Assembly (NCBI GenBank): GCA_017499595.2 | Contig: CM038998.1 | Location: forward strand, 248,001-312,000 | Direction of reading: 5' to 3' | DNA length: 64,000 nucleotides | Source of the DNA: Psilocybe cubensis | Lineage: Eukaryota | Part shown: positions 39,779 through 60,051 of the stretch, piece by piece | Layout of the letters: every line of letters starts with the position of its first letter | Numbering within the stretch: the stretch's first letter is position 1 | Program-made: the position numbers and the translations under genes | The notes under the pieces: generated by a model | Told to the model about the DNA's origin: nothing | The model's input: the letters and a program-made list of their open reading frames with translations, nothing else | Database searches by the model: none

Positions 39779-40771
39779 CATGCTCCCTCCCTCCCTCCTT
39801 AACGTACTTACCTGCTTATCATCTCCCGCTCCCGCGTGGTCACACGCCTTTACACGCCCACAAAAAATAGAAAGTAAATTGAATTGAATTGAATTGAAAA
39901 TAGCGCATCTGCATCACCTGTCCTTCTCTGTCCTCTTCCTTGTTCGCTCTCGCGGCGCGCCGCCGAGTCGGCGACTGGATGGTAACGCGAGAGGACAACA
40001 ACGGCGCAACATCAACCATCATTGATCAACCATCAACCATCAACTGGATCAATCAACGGGATCAATGCATCAAATTCGACGCTTCGATCAAATTCAAATT
40101 CAATTTCAAATTTCAATTTCAATTTCAAATTACACTTCAAGCACTAGCACGTGCCACAGAGCTCCTATCCCATCGCCAACGCCATCTCTCTTAAAAACTC
40201 AAACTCACTCCTCACTCATGCTCATCGACATCTCTCATGACCAGACCCAGACCCAGCCTCGCAGACGACCACATGTGCACCAGCAGTGTATGATGTACAC
40301 GTTCTCCGCCCACCTTGACCTTGTTCTCGCTTGTTTCTTGGCCCCGCCTCCCCTCCCCTCTCCTCACCTCACCTCGCCTCGCCTCAATACCAACTCAATA
40401 CCAGCTTCGCATTTACATTCCACTGTGCAATATGAATGTGAATGTCCAATGTCCAATGTCCAATAAATGCTGAAACTGAAATGACAATTCCACATCCCAC
40501 ATCCCACATCCCACCATGTGACCATATACCATATAGCTTCTTTCTTTCCAGCTGCGTGTTTCTTTTTCTTATTTCTTGTTTCTTGTTTCTTGTTGCTTTC
40601 CTGCTCTGCTTATTGTAGTACACCCGCTTTTTGCCTACTTCTTGCTCGCTGCTGCCCATTGGTGACCCTCTTCCTGCCTACTTCTTGCTCGCTCCCTCTT
40701 ACCCTGCGCCAACGCATAGTAATTCACATTATCAATTCGCATTTATACTTAGGTGTGTTATGGGATAGCAG

Positions 40772-46520
<5,749 letters not shown>

Positions 46521-49141
46521 TCTAACCAACTCAAGACATATTTCAACACGGCAAATGCAGAATCTACAGCTACAGCTACGGCCGCACAAGGGGAATCTGT
46601 GACTACCCAGAATGCCAGTCCATCATCATTTGATGCAACTGGATGGTGGTTCCGTAATAATTTAGGTGATACAAAGCACTTTCCACGACCCGCTGGCTTC
46701 CAGTGTGGTTCACCCGGTACGAATGCTTGCTGTTCTTCCTTTTTCTTAAGATGCAAATTTTAATCAATTTATGCTATTCAGATATTCAACCTATAGGAAT
46801 ACGAATTAGACCTGATGTCCAGACAATCCTGGGTGGGTCGAATGCGGGTACAGATTGGTCAGCCGCGAATCAAATCCAGCTTCATCAGGGAGAACCCAAC
46901 TTTATTTACCTTCGCGGGAATTGCACTACAGGCTCCGATTATACTGTTCAAGCGAGACTCTTCTGTATTCCGAGCAAAGTGGCCCTTTCTCCGTATCTTT
47001 ATCCGAACTATCCAGTGCTCGACCCCGAAAGCCACGACAAACCCGTAGCCGCCTATCGGACAATCACATCGACATCTAACAATAGCTTTAATGTGCTAGA
47101 CACACCTTTCGACATTTTAAACCCACAACCTTTGGAGTATGAGGATCACCACTGTCTAGTTGCTGAGGTTCGCCATATTAGCGACAGTGTGCCTGACCCA
47201 GATTGGCCACATGAGGATGTTTCGTCTTTCGACTCAGGTGAATAAAGCAACCTCTTCATTTATTTAGGTTATCTCACAGGATGGTATGTCGCTTCCTTAG
47301 CCACTGCACTTGGAGAGTGGTTACGTTATACTCCCACCGTTTGCTGGAGGAATATCGGTTTTATTCCTGGCGGCGGTGCACAAGTTATTTTGACCACTGG
47401 TGTTGAGATCCCAGATAAATTTTCCCCCACCAAGCAGTGGGTATTGGAAGCTGAGGCTCACAATGCACCCATTGGCTCTTCTTGTGCGTAATATTCTATT
47501 TTGAGTCTGGTGACAAGACATTTAAAAATGCTATCTACTCCACAGGGCTGCTACACACAATACCGTTTCAGGGATACCCAACACTCGAAAAACCTATTGG
47601 CTTTGAGCTTTCAACAATCACTAACCCCAATATGGTTTGCATGCATACCAATGTTTATCTATACTAATGGGCTGATGATCCAATTGTTTCCCAGACTCAA
47701 GGATGTGGTTTTAGTGGCCTCCCCCCAGGCGGTTATAAATTCTGGGCAATTCTAGAATGGTATTCTAACAACACACAGCATCCAGGTGACATGAGCCTTC
47801 ACTTACATCTTCACTCGGCGACGTCTACTGCAGGGTAAGCGTTATTACTAGCGTGTCTCCAAAAAAAACTTACACTATTTCATTGCACTAGACCAAACTT
47901 AATCGAAACTGCCCATAAGATCCTTCCTAAAGAGGCAGAAAATTGGCCGTGGTCTGTTGGCATTCATCATCCGGGAGTGGAGAACAAAGGCGACCAAAAG
48001 AAGACACACATCGGATATCTTGGCCCTCGTTACAAAAACGCTGGACTCAATCCGAGCATTTTGATTGGACCCACTCCAATCTACACTTATGGCACGGATA
48101 CTTGGATTTAGCCTTTGTTGAATGCCGTTTATGGGAGGCAAACTGCCTTTGGATGTGTTGGAGGTGGAATATTTCCATGTATATCGCTCCGCATCCCTTT
48201 TGATATTTCGTACATAAAGCAAAAATATCCATACATCTATTTCCCGGGCCTGCTGTTGCCCTAAGAAACATGCAATTTTGTATAGAATGTAAAGAAACCA
48301 AAATTTTTACTTTGATCACATTTAAATTGCGGAATATAAGAACCTAGATCCCGTTTGACTTCAGCAATAACCAAGCCTACTCTCGAGGTTCCAACTGTTG
48401 ACTTAGAGAAAATGATAAAATAGTGCCATATCAAGTGTAATTCGATTGGGGGGCGGGATTGGGTTACATGAGGGTGAGGGTCTGGGTCTGGGTTGGGGTG
48501 AGTAGGTGGGAGCTGATGGGGTGAACGAGCGTGAAGGGCTTCTTGGGGTGCGTAAGCGGTAGGGGACGGGGTTTAGGGGATGGTGGGAATGTGTTGGTCA
48601 CAAGCACAGCACCACACATCATGCCCTCCCCTCTTTGCCTTTTCACCTCTTCGCATCTCCTTCCACCATCTATCGCTTTCGGCTTTTGCTATGCTTGTTA
48701 CCCATATAAAACCGCCGATGCTTTTAGGAACCGAGGGGATAGGGGAGAGGAATGGACTTGTGATTGAATGATGCGACTTATTACAGCAGGCTACATAAGT
48801 ACACACACACACAGATTGGATACAGATAGGGTACCGTAACTCTGTGTTTCGTTTTCTTCTTCTTCTTTCTCTTTCTCTTTCTCTCCTTCTTTTTTTTCTT
48901 TTCTTATTTCTTTTTAGGTACTCATTGGATTGGAAAGTTTTAATTTGAATCAAAGCGCAGGGTAACAATGAAGTAAATTAATCTCATGCATCTGGATAAA
49001 CATTTGTATATGAGATTGTGCGTATACTATCGCAGAAAGCCTCGTCTATTCGTATCTTGTGTCTCGTTCTCTTCCTAGCCTCATGCGCAATCCGACTCCA
49101 GTCTGACCTTGCTTAACCTCATACCTCATACCTCAAACTTC

Positions 49142-52100
49142 CTAGGTATTTACAGCAACAGTCGGAAGCAGCCCCAAAGAGCCAAAATGTGTCTTGACCT
49201 CGCTCGTCGTCGTCGTCGAATGTAAACCCGTTGTACCCTCCAAATCTGTCCCGGTGTTAGTATTACTCTTAGACTCAGTCCCAACCGACGAACTTGCCTC
49301 CGTCTTCGTCTGCGGCTGCTCAGTGAGAGGCGGTATCGAATTTGTAAATGTAGATGTAAATGCAAAGGTAAAGTTATTAGCCGGGTCGGAGACTGTGGTC
49401 GGATTGGCGCGGCTGACACTGATGTCGCTGGAGCTGCTGGGGCTCGTGCGACTAGCACTAATATTGTTGGTGCTGCTGGTGCTGCTGGGGTTGGCACGAC
49501 TGGCGCTGATGTTGTTGGTGCTACTGGAGGTGCTGGGGCTAACACGACTGACACTGGAGTTGGAGCTAGAGACGCTCACAGGAAACAAGACATCGTTGGT
49601 GACAACGTACACGGACAGTCTGTTGGTTCCACCGCACAGCTCGGTGGGGTCTGCCTTGCACGCGCGCAAGCAGTCCGTGAGTGGGGCAGTATCTGCAAGT
49701 GCACTCGTGTTTGATACGGTCCCCTCAGGGAGGTTGAGGCCATTACCGCACCCTAGTCAATGCCCATTGTTAATATATAACATTCCGGTTCTATACCATG
49801 CTCTTTGAAAGACTACGCACAGCATCCATCTCCGAATTCAAGTCCTGAAATGGTGAATCCGTTCACGAGGCATGTCTTGGTGCATCCCGCAACAGTAGTT
49901 CCACCCTCAACATCCACAACGTCACTCAAAGTCCGGATATTTGTGCCATCAAGGTCTCTATCACAAAGCCAGTCAATACGTTAGAATGTCTGGACTGAGT
50001 CAGAACTAACTTGAAGCACCCAAGAAACTCGAATCCTCCAACTCTATTTTTGTTTGTCGGGATGGGCCCAACGCCCGTATGGGCACCAGGAAATCAGCGT
50101 GGTTAGCCCGCGTGCGACCTATTTTTGCGTGCCACGCATAAATGCGAATCAGCAAATTTGCGTGTCTTTCACATGACTTTGCGTGCGAAATGCTACATGT
50201 TGCGTGTGCATGGAATGTAAACGCGTGCAGTGTTATTGAGGTAGCGTGCTATTTGCATGCAAAATTCCGTATAAAACTCACATGAAGAGTAGTGTATAGT
50301 AAGCTATTTTCTGCAAGAATTGTAGTATGCTACGCATCCAGTTGGACTAAGTAATTAATGGTCATCCTACTTTGTATGACATAATGGTTTTGAAGATGTC
50401 CTTATTCTTGCTTTCCAGCCAACCTTTTGCAGGAACAAGGTTGTCGCCTAGAAGGTCATACATTATCTTCTTTGCCGGTGTAAGAGCCTTGTCTACTTCA
50501 CATGAATAAAGAGTTGATGATGGATCAGACAGTATATCATTGTCTGTGGGGATCTTCCATGCTTGTTCCCAAATTGACCTGACTTGGATCTCACAAAGTC
50601 CGTATCTATCACCCCACAAAGAGTCAACTATATTTGATTGACCCACAAATCTCACAGTATCAGGTTTTACTCCAGGATCCTGAATTGGCAACCTCGCCAC
50701 CAGCGTACGCCAAATAAATCCTCATTGTTCTTCAGATGAATTAAACGAGCGGGATAACAGAATGATCCATGCTTTGCCAAAACTCCTCTTTCTCGTCAAA
50801 GTCGTTTGTGTAAAGGCTTCTTTGAAAGAGTAAGATCTTCCATCTCGCTCAAAATAAAGAATTGTCATTTCATAGTGTAAAAAAACTGAGAGTGGAGCTT
50901 ATACCTGCACTCAGAGACTCGTCTGCTATCAGGTAGTGAAACTCGAGGAACAAGACACATAGATCCCAAACAGGAACACAAATGCATACCACAAGATACT
51001 CATTTAACGAATTCATTGAGTTTCACCTTTTAATTTATTTGAGATCTTTCAAACATTCAACATTAATGCCAAAGTCAAAGTTCAATCTATCTAATGGTAC
51101 ATCCGGACGTATTTTTGCATTAAACTACACCAAAACGCATTATTTTGTACTAGCGTGCAAGACTAAACTGCTTGCGGAGCCATCGCGTGCAGATTACAAT
51201 TGTTTGCGTGCCAATTGCACGCACTTAATTGGGTCGCGTGCTATCGCGTGCCGTCGCGTGCCATCGCGTTCTCGTGGGAAAGTGGATCGCGTGCTGCCTG
51301 CGTGGTAAATGCGTGCAATTGAGTGCACCTAGCGTGCTGTGGTGTCACGCTGGTGGTCGTTCAACAACATGAATTGCATGCCAAATTGACAAAATTGTTG
51401 TTTTTCTCCAAGTTCACCGTTTGATCGGATATTACCGATCATAAACCGTTGCCGATTTTATTGCCGAATCTTGGTTGCGGAGTCGGAGATTGTTGCGAGG
51501 CCACGCCGAGGGACACGGCATACCAAGCCGTCCCACAAGCTCATTGTTTGTATGGCCCCTCTAAACACCAAATTGTTTCATTGAAGTTCTACTGGTTCCG
51601 AGAGCCAAACACCTACACTTACCATGTATTGTAGACTGTTAAAGACATATATGTTGATTAATTCAAATACAGTATAGACATGTAATAATCCCTACATCCT
51701 AACTGCTTGATACCCATGGTGGTGGCTGCACATGGAATTGGTATAATACAAGGGCATACATTATTACACACCAAATAATTATAATTGAACGCTAACAACA
51801 CTGTTACATTACAATCCTACGTGTGACACAGCTGTGACATTGCGTGCAGAACATATCAATATGCGTGCAGAACACAGTTGTTGCGCAAAAATGCGTGTCA
51901 CGCAGGCACACGCAAAAACGCACGCACGCGAGCAGCCACGCTGATTTCTGTATGCCCCGCCCGTATTGTTATTTTGGAACACACTGATCAGTGAGGAACC
52001 TCTACACAGGAGAGAGCTGTCACCCGCACACGGGAGATTGCACGCCGCGTCGTCAACTTGAACAGCCGTGCCTTGGATATTAAAGTCACAAACTAACAGA

Positions 52101-52572
52101 AACAAAGAAAAACATCAATTTCCAGAGAAGTGCTAGGAGAATGTACGCACAACATTCATTAGAAGACTCTGTTCCAGCAAATTTGAGCGATGGGCTGAAC
52201 ACGCTGCCGCAGAACTCGGTGCATAGCGCGGGTGTCATGTCTTTGTCCATGATGGCGTGTTCCTGGAAAGTCCGTGATGGAGGCGCAGCATCGCTAGGAG
52301 CAGCCGTCAGCAACAGCGCGGCGACAGCACAGCAAAACTCACGTGAAACAACCTACAAAGGTCCATCCGGAAAGCGCTGCGTTGGGATTCGTCTGTGTGT
52401 CAGCTTGTCTTTGGGTTATTGAGAACGAGGTCGATCCGGGAAGAGAGATGCGCCCTGTGAATAGTTATATCGCTTTAGTATACAGTCTGGCATTTGAACG
52501 GAATGATGGTTTCAACAAAAGCAACTTTACTGAGAGGAATGAAAGAGGGTGAAGGAGGCGTGCAAAAGGCAT
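49142..52572 (-). pseudogene. Two-WSC-domain, Ser/Thr-rich secreted/cell-wall protein interrupted by a transposon
   Basis: WTFVGCF..MTPALCTEFC..FAGTE..ECC..CNLPCAGD; GFEFLGCF..CTKTC..GLEFG..C.CG..CKADPTELCGG.NRLSVY; start codon tentative. Confidence 0.8.
50081..51957. mobile_element. Non-autonomous TIR element, 1877 bp, 9-bp TSD (Mutator-like by TSD length)
   Basis: TSD CGCCCGTAT at 50072-50080 and 51958-51966; imperfect TIRs GGGCACCAGGAAATCAGCGTGG / GGGCATACAGAAATCAGCGTGG; many GCGTGC motifs. Confidence 0.9.
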
Positions 52573-54429
52573 TGGTTTGAGTGGGACTATCCGACCTTGT
52601 AGAACGTAGTTCAGAACCCAGAAAGTGTAGATAAGTCCTAGTAGGCGATTCAAATGCTGCTTTTATTTATATTCGATTTATCCAAATATACATTCCAGCC
52701 TGATACCTATAGTATCCAAAAAACACCCGCAACAGAGCAAGCAAGGACGCTGAAAAGAATACCACATAAAGAAATAGACACCATCTGCTTATTCAGGTGT
52801 CGGTAAAATTTGCAACGCGAAGTATTTCCCGTGTCCAGCAGACCTTGAAGCTCAGGCTGTCAGTTCAACATAATTAGAATAGAAATAGAGACGGCAGTAT
52901 ATCTGTAGACAGTTCCGAATCAAAACCTTCCGTCTCCGATACTTACTGCTGCTCCTGCAACTCTGGGTTATTCTGCTGAGATCATGATGGTGACAAGAAA
53001 AAAGACGGCAGGGTTCTATGACCGAAAGGAGTGCGGGTACTGCGGCTAAAGCATGGGAAGCAGTGGAGCAGGAGGAGGAACGGGAGCAGGAGGGTTGGGT
53101 TTGGGGGGTGGTATGTGTTGGAGGGTTTAAGCTGCGCTGTAATAGGAGCAGCGGCGGTGTTAATGGTAGCGGTTGTTGTGGAAGCGCTTCCATCATAAAA
53201 AGTGCGGGTAGATTACAAAGCATTATAAACCCAATAAAATATTTTTTTCTTCAAAATTCTTGCACTGCGTTACAACGCTCTTGAAATGTTGTAAGAAAAC
53301 GGAAATATTGCAGCATGAATAAATTTTTTCAAGGTTTACAATCTTATCCAATGTTTGCATGAGATTATAATTGCAAGAATTATGGCATTGTAATGGAATA
53401 CACAAAAATCATAATAAAAATAGTTCATATATTCATAAAACATACTACAAGTATATAAGACTAATTAAACAGAACCTAAATCTAATACCAAACCTGCTGC
53501 ACCCAATGATACAGGCAAGTGTCTCTGAACATGTCCTTTCCCCCTGTACCTCCTACTTCTCCTTCTACAACACTACCCACCAGATACACCCAATGCATGC
53601 CAGAGGCCACACGTAGATGGAGCATTTGGGGGTAGAGGTAATGTGTCATGTGACAACTGTGTCTGCAGTGGAGAAAGAAAATGTGAACGGTGAAGACACG
53701 GAGGCAGAGACAGACACACATTTGAACATCTGGAACAACTAAAAGGAGTATAGGCAAGTGGAGGACCAGAATATATGTGTCAAAAAAGGGGAAAATACCA
53801 ATAAAAAAGCGCATATACTTACAAGTACATGCCTTCAGAGTCTGCATTCAAGTGTTTGGGTGTCTGGGACCTTTCACGAGTGAAGTTAGCAGTGCAAAGT
53901 ATATTAAATAGGTACTCAACTTATTCCATCTTCTTTCAACTAGTGTTCAAAGCAGTTAATTCTAGGATGTGGGTCAGTAGTGACAAGCACCGAGTTATCT
54001 ATTACTCACCTGTCACCAGAGAAATAGCATCTACCAGTTTGGGTTGAAGGAAAGCATGTAAGGTGCTACATTGAAGATGAAGCATCAGTATATGCAGACG
54101 GGTACACGGAACCTGCCCCCAGGTATATCCGTGGGCAGAGGGATGGTGACAGTTTGAAGAAAGTACATTGATTTGCTTGCAACGAGACTTCAAGTGGGTT
54201 CAGGCGCCGCTTGATTTTATTTTCAAGCTCTGATATCTTTCTAAATCTGTTTTTGAACGTCTCCAAGTCCAAACTGGTATAATGTAAATTTGTATAAACA
54301 GTTGACACCAACACTGAAGAGGTTGGAGAGGGAACAATAACGAGGGGAGACCCATGAAATGGGAGACCCGCCAGGTATGTTATTGTGCCAAAGGTCATGG
54401 GAGTATTAACTTACACGCCAGCTTTCTGC

Positions 54430-55330
54430 TGTTGTTCGCCCTACCCGTACATTTTGTCTTTTCCGTCGTTGCATACATCCAGCTCACCTCTTTCCAGGCG
54501 CTCTTGTTGATATGGACACTGTGCGTTTCCGTCTTTTCCCGGTTTCTTCCTGCGTGGCACTCATTTTTGCCCCTCCCAGATCGAACTCAAGGCCAAGGAT
54601 CTCTGCGACAAGGAAAAGGTAGACTTGGAGACTATCGTCATCGACGACGTCTTCAAGCTCCTCCAGTGCGACAAGAATGGTCTCTCAGAGGAGGAGGCCG
54701 CCCGCCGTCTCGAGCTCAACAAGTTGGAGGTGGATGAGCAGAATCCTTTCCTCCAAGTACGTGTTGCCTTTTTTCCCTCTTTCCTGTGTTTGCATGCTTA
54801 CCTCGGTCCCAAGTTCTTGTCCTTCATGTGGAATCCCCTCTCCTGGGTCATGGAAGCTGCTGCCCTCGTCACTATTGTCCTCTCCAACGGACAGGGCCAA
54901 CCTCCTGACTGGCCCGACTTTGTCGGTATCATCCTCCTGCTTTTCATCAACTCTGCTATTGGTTTCTATGAGGAACACAACGCTGGAAACGCTGTCAAAG
55001 CCCTCATGGACTCTCTCGCACTCAAGGCCAAGGTCAAGCGTGCTGGCAACTGGTCAGAAATTGAGTCGGCTACTCTTGTCCCCGGTAACATGATCTCTTT
55101 CAAAATTGGAGACATCGTCCCCGCCGACTGCCGTCTTACTGAAGCTATCAACGTCTCCATCGACCAGGCTGCCTTCACCGGTGAATCCCTCCCCCAGTCC
55201 AGAAGAACGGCAATCAGTGCTTCTCGTGAGTGTCCTTTTTCCCTGATGACAAAATTTTTCTCGTTACTTACCAAAATTTCCGTTACTTAGGGGTTCTACC
55301 TGCAAGCAGGGTGAAGCTGAGGGTGTTGTT
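54430..55330 (+). pseudogene. PMA1: Plasma-membrane P-type H+-ATPase 5' gene fragment
   Basis: [69 protein letters not shown] missing before NKLE; frameshift near 55200; stops abruptly. Confidence 0.85.
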
Positions 55331-56438
55331 AGATAATTGAGGGTTATGTTTGCTGACCCCCAGAATTTTGCTTTCCATTGTATTCCTAATAAAAATACTT
55401 CTTCACATTGTAAACCGGCTCTAAAAATTGTTTGGGTTTTGAATGCTAAAACATTATTGAATTGGTTTGCATCGCTTTGTAATTTACTGTACATTTAGTT
55501 GATGTCTGCTGGTTGAAGCAAGCGCCAAGGTGGGGGCTGCTAGAGCCTGATGAAAATGGAGGATGATTGATGACGACAAAGCATCTGATTCCACTATGCT
55601 GATACGCTTTTATGCCCCTCTCCCCACCCGCTTGCATATCCTAATGTACGCTTGTTTAAAATAACAGCCGATAAACGGCAATTCCTTCCGCATGAGAAGA
55701 CGTACTCGTGTGTGGGCACGTTCATTGACATATAGCCTGATATTTCTAGCTGATGGACATTGACATTAACTTCTGTCGCTGGGTGGGAGCCCGCAATAGG
55801 GGTGTTGTTGCCCTGCTGACTTGCAAATACTGTTTTGGGTGCTGAAGTGAGGGCCGGGTCAGTTACGAGCGCGGAAGTGCCATTTTTTTGTTCAAGTTCA
55901 TTCTCCCACGCTATGCCGGGTCACACGGTCAAAGCTCCGATGTCCCAAAACCTGCTGTACTATATCAATGTCATTGACTAGACGTTCGGATTGACCACTG
56001 ATTCGGTTTACCCACCTTCAAGTACTACGTTTCTTCCGAGAATTGAAACTTAAGCTTGAGTGTATGAGCTATACATGATGCTACTTTTTTTCACCAGAAA
56101 CGATCCAAAAATGAGCAAAACGGATGAATGTTGGAGATTGATAGTTTTGCGATGCCGATGATGCCATCAAAACGAATGAAAGGGCGGCATGTCGGCGCCC
56201 TGCCTTTCACGTGCAATCAAGTTGAATCAACAGGTCGTATTGCGTTCGGAGTTGAAAATATTACTGATGTGCATACATGCCTATCCTCGTGCGTATGAAA
56301 AATTCAAACAACATTATTCCCTCCACAAGCTCCCTTCCTATTAACATAGACCCACGTACTGCGGTGTTAAGTGAGCTTTTTGCATCTTGCCCCACTTCCC
56401 ATGACTTTGATTGAACACACACATCTTGACCTTCTCGT

Positions 56439-57014
56439 CAAGGGGGTGCCGGTGTTCAAAATTCGGACACCACCTAGGTAGGTAGGTTGGCCGATCAGCC
56501 CCCCCAAAAAAAAATGTACCATATTTTTTTTGTCTAATTTCTGAGGAATTTCACAGTCCAAAGTTGTCTGTAATCAAGTTTAGAGCATTTTGGACTGTAT
56601 TTCATAGACAAATTATGTTTTTAAACAAACACAATGCCAATCTCGTTGAAATTCAGGTTAAAATCTTCATGATAGGTGGCCGGGCTTCAAACAACACAGA
56701 TATTTGACCTGATTTTGACTGAGATCATTGATTTACCGTCTGGACGCTGTCTCAAAGACATGGGTGTGCCACACATGTAAAGGGAGCAAACGGGGTTGTA
56801 ATTAGTTCTATAACTACTTAATTACACTTTGACCTGTCCGATGTCGGGAAATTGAGTGAATTTTGATGAAGTTCAATGTCTTGGCCCTTGGCAATTCCCA
56901 TTTTAGGCGATTTTGATCGTTATGTAATGGTCACGAGGTAGGTAGGTTGCCCAAATTACCTCGAAATAAAAAATATGAGGTCGTGTTTTTTTTTTGAACC
57001 CCGGCACCCCCTTG
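56439..57014. mobile_element. MITE, 576 bp, 8-bp TSD (hAT-like)
   Basis: TSD CTTCTCGT at 56431-56438 and 57015-57022; TIR CAAGGGGGTGCCGG(T/G)GTTCAAAA. Confidence 0.92.
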
Positions 57015-57671
57015 CTTCTCGTCCTATTTAGAGAAGCAAGCACTAGAGGCTCATTTATATCTCCTTCCTCTTAAGCCTCGATAACATAGTCTTTTTATGT
57101 GGTGCGTGCTCGGATCTGCTGCGCACCTTGCATTCTGGTTCTCAACGTCAAATTCTCCTGCGTCCCTTCATGTTTTTATCATCTTCGTTGACTAGCTATG
57201 GTTAATGGGTCATTTGTGGTCACGCATGTGGTAAGCCAGAGGCAATTTTAATCAAAGCAAGAAGGCTTATGGGTGGTTGATTAAGTCATAATGATCTGAC
57301 TACTTTATAGCAATACAGAGTTAGTTAATTATAGAACATCTTGAACATGCGGCGGATACCACGAACGTGAGACGAACTCGACAAATATGGAAATAAAAGT
57401 GAAAATCCGAATTGCGCCTGTCAAGCTGCTGGATATTTGATGGGGGTCCCACACGCAGACATTTAAATTACACACGCCATCCACATGGAAATGATTGCAA
57501 CTGTGTGAACATGGACACGCTTAGGAATCAGTCAATTTATTCCTGCCCGAGAGTCCGGATTCCGTAGGTGGATCAGTCACACGCCCCTAGCCATACAGGT
57601 AACCTATTTCCCGTCAGTGGGTGCTTACAGCTCTCCCCATCGTTATGAACCAATCATTCTTTTGGTACCTA

Positions 57672-59231
57672 TCAAGACAACTTCTTGCTGCCAATATGTT
57701 CAGCATCATATGAGTATATGAGAGTGGGACCTTCGTGCGCAGATGGAACATTCAATAATAGTAACTTTGATTTGATTCCAAAAAGGCACACGGGTTGCTG
57801 GCTTAGAAGTTCATTCGCAGCGTGGTACTGTGTGTGAGTGTGCGTGCCTATTATAACTCTGGCCTTCTCCTGTCGTGCATTTAAATAGGAAACAAATGAT
57901 TCGATTGATAACACCCTCTCCTGATTTTTTCCTCTCTCTTCCTGATCATCGACTCGTACATTGCATTGCTCGAAAAATTAAACACTGGGATCTCACTGTA
58001 CCATCCAGTTGTCGCTATTTCGCCTAGCTTCACTGAGACTGTGATCCATTCTGGCTCACTATCACGTATACACAACATTTAGAGACCGCGGCAACACATT
58101 GGTAATGAGAACGGGGCGCCTTCTATCACTAAACACTAGCTCACATCTCCCACTTAAACTCTGCTCGCGTTTTATCCCAGTGTGACAGTATTAGGTGAAC
58201 AATGGCCGTGTCGATGTCTTCCGGGGCAGGGGTATAATCTACAGGGGTTCGCTTTTGCCTCAGCATCACTGTCACCTGCTTCACCGTGACGGTGCCCCTA
58301 TAGACGCGCATATGCCCTGGTAGGCCATCCACCAGGGCCATTGTTATGTCCATCACCTTGTCACCTCTATGGAGCTCTGCGTTTATGGAGTTGTGTATCT
58401 TTACCGTTGACATATTGCGTTAGCGGGTAGATTGTGGATAAAATAGGGGTAGAGGCTTACTGCTGCGGTGTATTGTACCGGCTCGTGATTGATGACTTTC
58501 TTACTCTCAGTTGGTTTGTTAAACTTGAATATGAAGTCTGTGATATCGTCTTCTATAGTGGGTGAAGTTCTCATTGAAACTTGATAAATTGTCTCCACCC
58601 TCTTGCTGGATTAAAGCGCGACATTCAATAAAAAAGAACGAATCGTTAAGAGCATGTCCCTTGTAGTTCTCACTTAAATCTTACCCATTCCCTATATCCA
58701 TTTCCACTTTACTAATAATCAACGGATCCGGCGACAAAAAGGTGTCAGCAAGCACGCCAAAAGAATACATTACATGTTAACTCACTTCTTAATAAACTCA
58801 TCCATGGGGATAGCAATATCCACTCCAGATATGTGGTGCGTAAAAGTACTTTTGGAGCGTGCCCTGGCATCTGACTGCGTACATTCAGAGCCTTTCTCAC
58901 CCTGAGAAAATGACACTACCCAGTCCACACTGGCGAAATGAACAAACTGGGTGTCTGTCGCCGCTTCGATGATTGCTGTCGAGACCAGTGTATCTATGTT
59001 TAAATTTCGCTTGGCGAAATGTATGCTGAAATGCTCTTTTCTCGTATCTCCGTCATTCGACTCACAAACTCTGTGCTCGTATTGTGTCGATATTCTGTAC
59101 TGTAAGATACTTCTTGGTGCAGGCCCTTGAAGAGTTGAAGACGGCAATTCTACCTCTTCGGTGAGGTACATAGGGCCTTGCTCTGTCGCCTTTTTAAGGG
59201 AAAACATGGTGGTCTTCATGCTAGCGCTCAT
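57672..59231 (-). other. Possible degenerate hypothetical gene(s)
   Basis: Chain of minus-strand ORFs with protein-like composition, some overlapping in different frames; no family recognised. Confidence 0.35.
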
Positions 59232-60051
59232 AACCTGATGTTCGACTTGTTTTGTGCTGTGTATGCCACAATCGATCTACGTCCAAAGGGATAAAACTTA
59301 TTCGCGGGTTTGTTCTGAAACTAATCGAGATGAAACGACCTTTGAGGGGAAACTAACTGATTATCCGAAGGCTATCTCGTTTCCCCTTTGCCCCTCTTAT
59401 ACAACCAGCGCCTTCACACTTCCGACCATCTATTTGAGCTTATCTCCATATTCAGAACTCCACAATCGGCAGCAGCCTTTTACTTATCTGCTTCCTTTCC
59501 ATCCTAAACCATCAGAATATGTCGGTGGATCCCCGGCGTTTTTGCGCGCTTACACACACTGGCGTCGTCATCGAACTGTGTCCCAAAAAGGAAAGTTGTT
59601 TGGCTTTCAATTTCGCGCCGGCGATGGATATAGCTTGAATTAAGAAGGAATCTTCTAGTGCGCAGCAGGTATGGAGGATATAATAATATAACAAGGAAAA
59701 CCCGCAAGAATTTAGAAGCATGTGGACGTCCGTAGGGATTCCGAGATGGCGAGGTAAGGAGAAGTCTACCGTCAAAATGACTTTATGTCTTTCAGTAGGT
59801 ATCCCTGAGGGTAAATCAAAGAGTGGCGTACTATTCTTTTTTTCATTTTTGAAATGCATTTAGCTGACATTCGGACTTATCCACAGACATTTATATTAAT
59901 CTTAGGATGCTGTTGATCCCGTGGAGTCCACAAATTTAATAGATCTGGTGATATAAGGCTGTAGAAATTCACAGGATTATGGGTTGTGTGCGGACATGCC
60001 ACGGTTTCCGACGCATACATCAAGTATCATAAACAACTAATATACAATATA

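Noticed and set aside
58170-58210. LILSHWD as a metallo-beta-lactamase motif
   Set aside because: The required HxDxDH-type residues do not follow
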